DNA from: Fimbriimonadales bacterium
GTDB lineage: Bacteria; Armatimonadota; Fimbriimonadia; Fimbriimonadales; ATM1
Length of the DNA: 64,000 bases
Direction: 5' to 3'
Assembly: GCA_041744215.1 (NCBI GenBank)
Contig: JBGTLG010000026.1
Coordinates: forward strand, 1 to 64,000
Shown here: positions 57,720 through 64,000 of the stretch, one piece after another
How the letters are laid out: each line of letters begins with the position of its first letter
Numbering within the stretch: position 1 is the stretch's first letter
The notes under the pieces: generated by a model
Told to the model about the DNA's origin: nothing
Databases searched by the model: none
Seen by the model: the letters and a program-made list of their open reading frames with translations, nothing else
Made by a program: the position numbers and the translations under genes

Positions 57720-59874
57720 CATGGACGGAAGAGCGATCTTCCGAAACGCCGGGGGGGGCGACCCAACGCCCTCTTGGAGTTTGCCAAAGCTCAACAACCT
57801 GGATGTAGGTGCCTCGATCTCCATACACGATCTCAGGACAGCCGGGCAGTGTGATTCTGCCCGCTCGGTACCTCCAAAGCGCAGGGTCATCCCCGCGCGA
57901 ACTTTTTAATCTGTCGACGGCCTTAACGAAGGCTGAGCGCGCAATCTCATCAAGAGGTCGGCCATTGGTGTAGTCGACTGAAGTTTGTTTGCGCATTGCG
58001 CGCAGCACGACCGATGGCTGGATCACCTGCCGGAAGTTATCCAGGCTCAAGAAGTTTCCAGTTTTCCAGAGGAACAGCTCTTCCTGAAGTGCTGAAAACC
58101 ACTCGTTGTAAAGTGTCCGGGATACAGAGCCATCCAGTCTCTCGCCGTCCCAGTGTGACAAGTACGCGTGCGCGGCCATGCCTTCGGGCGCAGAGATTTC
58201 GGTTATGTATGGCGCAAGGTGCAGCGCAGTGATGTCGGTGGTTGCGATAGTCCTCGCGAATCGCTCTAAATCTTGAGTTGCCAACACCTCCTTTGACCCC
58301 ATCAGCGCCGTCAAGTTTTCATTTCGGAAGACTGCTCCCCACACTGGCGTGTCGAAGTTCGGCCACCAAGCTACGGGCTTGTTGTTCCAGTTCGCGAACC
58401 AACCTTGCGTTGGGTTGATGCTGTAGGGCATCTTGTCCGTCGGAACCATTCCGATCCAATCAAAGTCCTTTCCCGCAGGAGATGGAAAGCGCGGGTCTAC
58501 TTTTGGAGAGCGGATGGGGACTGAGCCAACATAGAAATACGCTATCCCGTCTGTGTGACTTGCCACGAACGCATTCATGTTCGCGGTGACCTTGGAAGTC
58601 GCTGACTTCAAGTCGGAGAAGGTCGCCGATTGCGCAATTGCCATAGCGCCTTCCATGCTTGCTACTTCCTTCATCCAGAGCGAAGATCTTCGAACGTATG
58701 CGACGCCGGTTCCTGCGCTCTTCAAGATGACTGGGCCATAAATCGTCATCTCGCGTTTGCCTGATGTCTCCTCTTCTCCGCGCACCTTAATCGGCACGTC
58801 GATAATCTGAAAATCGTGTTCGACGCCATCGACTACGTACTTGCTTGGGTCGCCTTCCTTTAGCCGAACGAAGACGACATCGTCTGTGTCTGCAACGCCC
58901 GATGTCAATCCCCATGCAAGGTGCCGATTGTGACCAACGAGAATGAAAGGAAGTCCGGGGACGCTGAGCCCAGCAACAGAGTATCCAGGGCTGTCGACGC
59001 TTGTTTGCCTGGCAATGCTCGGCGAAGAGAAACCCATTTGTGGGCCTGATAGGAGGATCGGAACACCGATCGCAGATTTTGCCGCAGACGCAACCATTGC
59101 ATAGCTGCCCCACTTGTTTGGTAAGCCCATTTCCGCCGATAGTTCATTCAAATCCGCTTGCTCAGCGATTCTTATCGCCGGCAGCAGTTCGAGGAGGTTA
59201 ACACGCGGCAGCAGCTTGAGGTGATTCGCCAATGCATCAAGCTCTATAGCTGGAAAGGGCGACACACCTCGGTGCGGATCGTCTATCTCGGAAACGGTGC
59301 AGATCGCATCGGGGTCGTTCTGCCACGATAAGTCGTTCATAACGTCGACCGCTTCTTCCTTAAGCCGATCAGTCAGATACGTGTACAGAACCAGATTGCG
59401 AACTTCCCCTGCGCCCCCTCGTCCGAACTGCCGAATGAGCTGAACCCATATTGCGAGAACATCGCGCACACTCCACGGTTGGGGCCTGGTACCTTGAAAT
59501 GTGGGAGGCAGTGGATCGATGCTGACAACTCGAGCATTGATGCCGCTGACGTATGCGTTGATGGCGCTGCGCACTTCTTGGCGCAGCGATTCAAACATTC
59601 GATCATATTCGTCTGGCGTGTATCCAAAGCGGATCGCGTCGCGATCGCTCGCCACTGCTGTACGACCAACTATCTCTGCCAGCTTGCCTTGCGCGCTGCG
59701 TCGCGATAGCTCCATTTGCCACAGGCGGTCTTCGGCTGCGGCATGCCCCGACCAAAAGAATCCGCCTTCGAAGGACTCGGAATAAACATGCGCGACCCCG
59801 AAAGGGCCGCGGACAATCTCGCCTGGCAGTTGGGAAGAGAAGGTCATGGCAGCACACAAAGCGAAGCTAAGCAT
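57631..59874 (-). CDS. Penicillin acylase family (Ntn hydrolase, peptidase S45)
   Basis: GVAHVY, AEDRLWQM, G|SYAM nucleophile, GPQMG, GHNRHLAWGLT, FANWNNKP. Confidence 0.88.
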   Translation of the reverse strand: MLSFALCAAMTFSSQLPGEIVRGPFGVAHVYSESFEGGFFWSGHAAAEDRLWQMELSRRSAQGKLAEIVGRTAVASDRDAIRFGYTPDEYDRMFESLRQEVRSAINAYVSGINARVVSIDPLPPTFQGTRPQPWSVRDVLAIWVQLIRQFGRGGAGEVRNLVLYTYLTDRLKEEAVDVMNDLSWQNDPDAICTVSEIDDPHRGVSPFPAIELDALANHLKLLPRVNLLELLPAIRIAEQADLNELSAEMGLPNKWGSYAMVASAAKSAIGVPILLSGPQMGFSSPSIARQTSVDSPGYSVAGLSVPGLPFILVGHNRHLAWGLTSGVADTDDVVFVRLKEGDPSKYVVDGVEHDFQIIDVPIKVRGEEETSGKREMTIYGPVILKSAGTGVAYVRRSSLWMKEVASMEGAMAIAQSATFSDLKSATSKVTANMNAFVASHTDGIAYFYVGSVPIRSPKVDPRFPSPAGKDFDWIGMVPTDKMPYSINPTQGWFANWNNKPVAWWPNFDTPVWGAVFRNENLTALMGSKEVLATQDLERFARTIATTDITALHLAPYITEISAPEGMAAHAYLSHWDGERLDGSVSRTLYNEWFSALQEELFLWKTGNFLSLDNFRQVIQPSVVLRAMRKQTSVDYTNGRPLDEIARSAFVKAVDRLKSSRGDDPALWRYRAGRITLPGCPEIVYGDRGTYIQVVELWQTPRGRWVAPPGVSEDRSSVHATDQAQLAANWAMFPMILRKEDLPRGSAR

Positions 59875-59913
59875 GCTGCCTAATATACGACTTCTGAACT
59901 TGCGATTGCGCGA

Positions 59914-60114
59914 TCAGGGCAGGCTGTTTCGCTTCCCGCCAAGGGCCTTGCGCGATACAACTGCGTAGACGACCAGGGCGATTCCAGCGATGATCCCGAT
60001 TGGTACGACCAGTCCCCAAACGAAGCTGACAGCGCTAAAAACGAACTTGAGCGCCAAGCCTCCGAGGATGACGACGGCAAGGATTGTGAGGCCAAGTTTC
60101 AAAGGATCTTTCAT
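59914..60114 (-). CDS. Small 2-TM membrane protein
   Basis: GGAGG SD, two hydrophobic helices, basic tail. Confidence 0.7.
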   Translation of the reverse strand: MKDPLKLGLTILAVVILGGLALKFVFSAVSFVWGLVVPIGIIAGIALVVYAVVSRKALGGKRNSLP

Positions 60115-60192
60115 TTCTTTCCTCCGACGGTTCTGACGATAGCACGGGCGACGAGCCCAATCCGTTGCATTATGGGCCGTTCGGCCCCTTCT

Positions 60193-61695
60193 TCAGACCC
60201 CGTCCGGCATCCATAAGCCGGACGCCTCGACTCGCATCGACAGGTGATCCTGCACTTCGGCCGCTCGGTCAACGTCGAGGTCAACGATGGAAGGCGATCC
60301 CAGCTGTGCTCCGATCACTGCCGCGGTGCCAACGTCGAGATTCGCGATTCGGTAACGTCGCTGAATCGGACCTTGACTCAAGGAGAGCCATTGCAGCTTG
60401 CCATGTGGCGCGACATGAATCTTCTGATAGAGGATGCCCTCGCGAGTCAAGAGGAAGCCGTCAGTGAGCGCGTAACCGAGTGCTTTGTAGCGCGCGTATC
60501 CGTACCAGAGGGCGATCGCCGCAATCGGTACAAGGCCAACGAGATGAAGAGTTGCGCCGCTATATAAGACCCAGCCCACCAGGGCAAGACTGGGCACGAG
60601 CGCGAAACGAAACGCTCCTCGGCGTATCGCAATTCGGCTCACCGGTTGCCACTCCACAGCGCCAATATCAAGATGTGGGAAAACCCTTCGCACATACTCC
60701 GCGATTTTTTGCCGCTTTACCAAGAGGCACAACGCAGATGTCCCGCCGTGTTGATCACTGATGTTGACCGATCCTGCAAGCCCGGCGTGGATCGTCGCGT
60801 ACCCGAGCATCCTCCTCAAAAATGGTGCTTCTATGCAGAGCGTTTGAATTCGCGGTAGCGGAACAACGGACTCGACGATAGTGAAGAGACCATAGTGCCG
60901 CTGAAACTGGCCGTCTTGATATCGAAGCGCAAAGTTGTGATACTTGATCGCAGTCGTCACGATCGATGCTATCCAACCAAACAGCAACACAGCGAAGAGT
61001 ACCCACACTCCGATAACAATCGCGTTGTCTCCCATTCCCCGAACAGATTCGAAGAGCGCTGGCGCGATTCTTTCGAAGAGGTTATCTGAGAATCGTTCAG
61101 CAATGAAGACCGGAGCCAAAAGGACGCCGATGATAAGGATGGCGCGGTTCTCCGTGGCACCCAATATGAGGAGGTCCTTCAGTGTTGCGGCCCAGACGGT
61201 CTGCCTTCGTGGAGGAGGGGGCGGAGCCTCTCCGATCGCCGGCACATCGGGTTGTTTCGCACGAAGCAAGTACTCCTTCAGTCGCTGCGCTTCGGACACG
61301 CTTAATGCGGACAGATCACCCTCCGCTTGAGCCCCTCCCGCAGTCTCGATCTTTAAGTCGGCGATGCCCAGAAGCTGATGCAAGACTCCGCGCTTGATTT
61401 CGACGTTTTGTATTCTTGCTAGCGGAATGGTGCGGACTTGTCGAAAGATCACTCCGGTTCGTATCACCATGTTGGTCGAATCAAGCGAGTACTTAGTGAA
61501 GTAATAGCGCAGTACCGCGGCCGCAATACTCAATGCTCCAAAAGCGCCGAGTGTTAGTTCGAGCGCATCGAAACCTCCACCTGATGCTCTTGTGACCAAC
61601 AAGATGATGATAACGTATCCGAACTTACCCACGAAGCGAACCGTTTCGACGACAATCGTTAACGGATGGATTCGATGAGAAATCATGCTATCCAT
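60193..61695 (-). CDS. YdbT-like membrane protein with bacterial PH domains
   Basis: HRIHPLT, IPLARIQNV, L.IETAGG, repeated bPH_2-like units. Confidence 0.88.
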   Translation of the reverse strand: MDSMISHRIHPLTIVVETVRFVGKFGYVIIILLVTRASGGGFDALELTLGAFGALSIAAAVLRYYFTKYSLDSTNMVIRTGVIFRQVRTIPLARIQNVEIKRGVLHQLLGIADLKIETAGGAQAEGDLSALSVSEAQRLKEYLLRAKQPDVPAIGEAPPPPPRRQTVWAATLKDLLILGATENRAILIIGVLLAPVFIAERFSDNLFERIAPALFESVRGMGDNAIVIGVWVLFAVLLFGWIASIVTTAIKYHNFALRYQDGQFQRHYGLFTIVESVVPLPRIQTLCIEAPFLRRMLGYATIHAGLAGSVNISDQHGGTSALCLLVKRQKIAEYVRRVFPHLDIGAVEWQPVSRIAIRRGAFRFALVPSLALVGWVLYSGATLHLVGLVPIAAIALWYGYARYKALGYALTDGFLLTREGILYQKIHVAPHGKLQWLSLSQGPIQRRYRIANLDVGTAAVIGAQLGSPSIVDLDVDRAAEVQDHLSMRVEASGLWMPDGV

Positions 61696-62191
61696 CTGGC
61701 GCCTTGGTTCCGATCAACTGCTCACGAATGGCCTCTGCGCGCACCGGTGTCATGCCGGGAATGGTTGCTACTGCACCCATGGATCCTGCTGTGTACACAC
61801 TCATGTGAACGAGCCCAAGCATCCTGTCAATGGGCCCTGAGTTGATATCGACATGCTGAATCCTGAGCCGCGGCACACAGCGTCGAATCCTCCACACAAC
61901 GCCGTATTCAACCAAGACGTCATCAGGTCTGATCGCATAGCCCCACCGCTCAAACTGCAGGCGAGGCATGATCAGCGCCAGAGGATAAAAGACGAGTGCA
62001 ACAATGCCACCAATCTGCAGCGTAGGCAGCGGCCACTGAGGAATGCTTCGCGAGACTGCGTACTCCGCCGCAACCACGATCCCAACGAAGACGGTGGTCG
62101 ATACCAACGACGAGAAAAGCCAGACCTTCTTGACATTCGGGTGCAGCGACTGCATTTCTACGTTTGACTCTGTACCATCAGGTTGCGTCAT
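61688..62191 (-). CDS. YdbS-like PH domain protein
   Basis: 2 TM plus GVVWR...VPRLRIQHVD..GPIDR.LGL..YTAG. Confidence 0.88.
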   Translation of the reverse strand: MTQPDGTESNVEMQSLHPNVKKVWLFSSLVSTTVFVGIVVAAEYAVSRSIPQWPLPTLQIGGIVALVFYPLALIMPRLQFERWGYAIRPDDVLVEYGVVWRIRRCVPRLRIQHVDINSGPIDRMLGLVHMSVYTAGSMGAVATIPGMTPVRAEAIREQLIGTKAPDG

Positions 62192-62298
62192 TGAATCTCC
62201 TAGTCTGAACGAGTTTCGACATCCAGAGGTGGACTCCTGCTTTTGCCCTTCCTCCTTGACTCTTCTGCTGATTCTCACCCAAACTGCCAAGCGTAGGC

Positions 62299-64000
62299 AT
62301 GGACCCTCTCTCTCGGCTCGGTCGCAAGGATAAGTGGTTTCTCGGCGGTGGCGGTGGGGCCGTCTCTGCCCCACCGTTCCCGAGGTGGCTTCTCACTCCC
62401 GGCTTCTGGGATGAGTGTCACTTTGCCGACATACGCATAGATCGGCTTTTCGCGCTGCTTGTTTTTCGGGATGGCAAACCTCTGCGATTCTCCTCTTATC
62501 TAAAGGGGTGGCGACCGGATCGGCTAACGATAATGCATGTCGCTGGGCGTGTTGTTATTCGCGAGATTCGCTGCGTTACCGAGCAAAACGTTTGGGTTTC
62601 GCAGCTGGACTTGGTTACAGACGTTGGATCCGTCGACGTCCTTTTGTGGACGCTCCACCAAAGAAGACCGCCAGGCAGTGGTACGCCCTGGACATCGGTG
62701 GAAGGTCACGAAATCAAAGAGTCATTGTTGAGTTTTGAGTATCGCGTCGCTTGGCCTGACGATTTGCCTGTTGATCGGAGCGGTTTCGAGCGCCGGGGCT
62801 CGATCGAGGGATCCGTCGCTACAAATGCAGGCTCGATCTTTCTTTCGGTCGGAGCGAACTCAGATCTGCTTGGCACGTGCGTCTTGACGGCAGAGGCGCA
62901 CGATGAGTCACCCGACGTGGCAGCATCGCCAGCGAGCGATTTCTTCCAGGAAGGCTCCCTTGCTAACGGTCCTGGAGTTGTCGGCTCTGGATTTGTACAC
63001 ACACTTCAGCACTTCCGGCTGACAGACAGGAAGCCCATCCAGTTTGCTTGCGCCGCAGCGGTAACGAGGAGCGAGGCGATGGCACATTTGGATAGCGAGT
63101 TATCTCGAGATGCTGTGCTTGCCTCTCAAAAGTCTTGGCGGGACTATTTTAGTGGCGTTCCACAGTTTGACTGCAGCGAAGAACTCCTTACAAATCACTA
63201 TTGGTATCGCTGGTATGGCCTCCGATTGCAGACCGTCGACGTGCGACTTCCTCGCTACCCAAGCGCTTGTGTCTTCGAAGGGATTGGTGCATTTCGGAAT
63301 CTGATCAGCTACTCGGCGCATTGTCACTTGCGAGAGGTTGCGTGGATGCATGATCCCTCACTTGCCCGAGGAATTCTGCAGAACTACGTTTTCAATCAAC
63401 GTGCAGACGGCTCATTTCCTGGCCACATATATTCATTCCGTCCCGAACGCGACTTCTACCATGCAAACTGGGGCGATTCAGTATTGCGGTTGATTGCTAT
63501 ACATGGACTTGGCAACGAAAGCAGCTCTATCATCGAATCGCTCTGTTATTATGCGGAGTACCTTCAACGCGAACGCGACCCAGAAGGTAGCGGCCTGATT
63601 TCTGTATGGGATCAAAACGAGACGGGTCAAGAATACTCATCCCGATATCTTTTTGCCGATGCGCGAGCAGATGAATGGGGGCGTATCGACCTAAAGGGAG
63701 TCGATGCGACGTTTTATGCTACGCGCCTCAACTTCGCTCTCAGTCACCTGGGTGAGCCAGTGGCGTTTCTTCAAAAGTGTAAAGACGCGTTGGAGTCGCT
63801 CTGGGATGCGGACCATGGAATCTACAAAGACGCACTTCTGAACCCCATGAGGTTGTCGCCGTATATGTCAGCAGTCGGCTTCTATCCTCTGGCTTGTGGC
63901 GACGCTCGTTCGGAAGCGCTCACGCTTTCTTTTTACAACGAAGAGCATTTCCAAACTCCATTCATGATTCCGACAAGCCCCGTCTCGGACCCTTTCTTCT
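62299..64000 (+). CDS. MGH1/GH63-like (alpha/alpha)6 glycoside hydrolase, runs off the window
   Basis: My translation (not in the ORF track): MDPLSRLGRKDKWFLGGG...PGFWDE...YWYRWYGLRL...FEGIG...DQNETGQEYSSRY...GVDAT. Confidence 0.7.
   Translation, partial: MDPLSRLGRKDKWFLGGGGGAVSAPPFPRWLLTPGFWDECHFADIRIDRLFALLVFRDGKPLRFSSYLKGWRPDRLTIMHVAGRVVIREIRCVTEQNVWVSQLDLVTDVGSVDVLLWTLHQRRPPGSGTPWTSVEGHEIKESLLSFEYRVAWPDDLPVDRSGFERRGSIEGSVATNAGSIFLSVGANSDLLGTCVLTAEAHDESPDVAASPASDFFQEGSLANGPGVVGSGFVHTLQHFRLTDRKPIQFACAAAVTRSEAMAHLDSELSRDAVLASQKSWRDYFSGVPQFDCSEELLTNHYWYRWYGLRLQTVDVRLPRYPSACVFEGIGAFRNLISYSAHCHLREVAWMHDPSLARGILQNYVFNQRADGSFPGHIYSFRPERDFYHANWGDSVLRLIAIHGLGNESSSIIESLCYYAEYLQRERDPEGSGLISVWDQNETGQEYSSRYLFADARADEWGRIDLKGVDATFYATRLNFALSHLGEPVAFLQKCKDALESLWDADHGIYKDALLNPMRLSPYMSAVGFYPLACGDARSEALTLSFYNEEHFQTPFMIPTSPVSDPFF

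Overview
Bacterial chromosomal window, mostly housekeeping. It is probably from Armatimonadota (Fimbriimonadia-like); this is inferred from the PEP-CTERM protein, the prepilin type and the gene content, and was not verified. Core genes: birA, nadC, comM, thpR, ftsEX-envC, a gmd-fcl polysaccharide locus, leuA, tal/fsa, xylB, rpsB-tsf-pyrH-frr-uppS, rpsU-HD phosphodiesterase-ybeY-dgkA-CBS/CorC-rtcA-like, pabB fusion, tRNA-Ala(CGC), a penicillin-acylase-family gene and a partial glycoside hydrolase. Highlights: (1) an 11-kb nitrate cluster combining a NasC-type (assimilatory-family) Mo enzyme with a ferredoxin subunit, a twin-Arg Rieske protein, a NarI-like membrane protein, two NarK and a Crp/Fnr regulator with a recurring ATGAT-N4-ATCAT box; (2) an opposite-strand 5-gene cassette between frr and uppS (LuxR solo, CxxC thioredoxin, pilin-like protein, secreted 12-Cys miniprotein, hypothetical); (3) a c-di-AMP (ydaO) riboswitch in front of an orphan helical protein; (4) an RtcA homologue that appears to lack the catalytic His; (5) an NSS transporter interrupted by one in-frame TGA; (6) a 7x21-bp tandem repeat. 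No CRISPR array, transposase or integrase was seen. All family calls are by motif recognition; no database searches were run.
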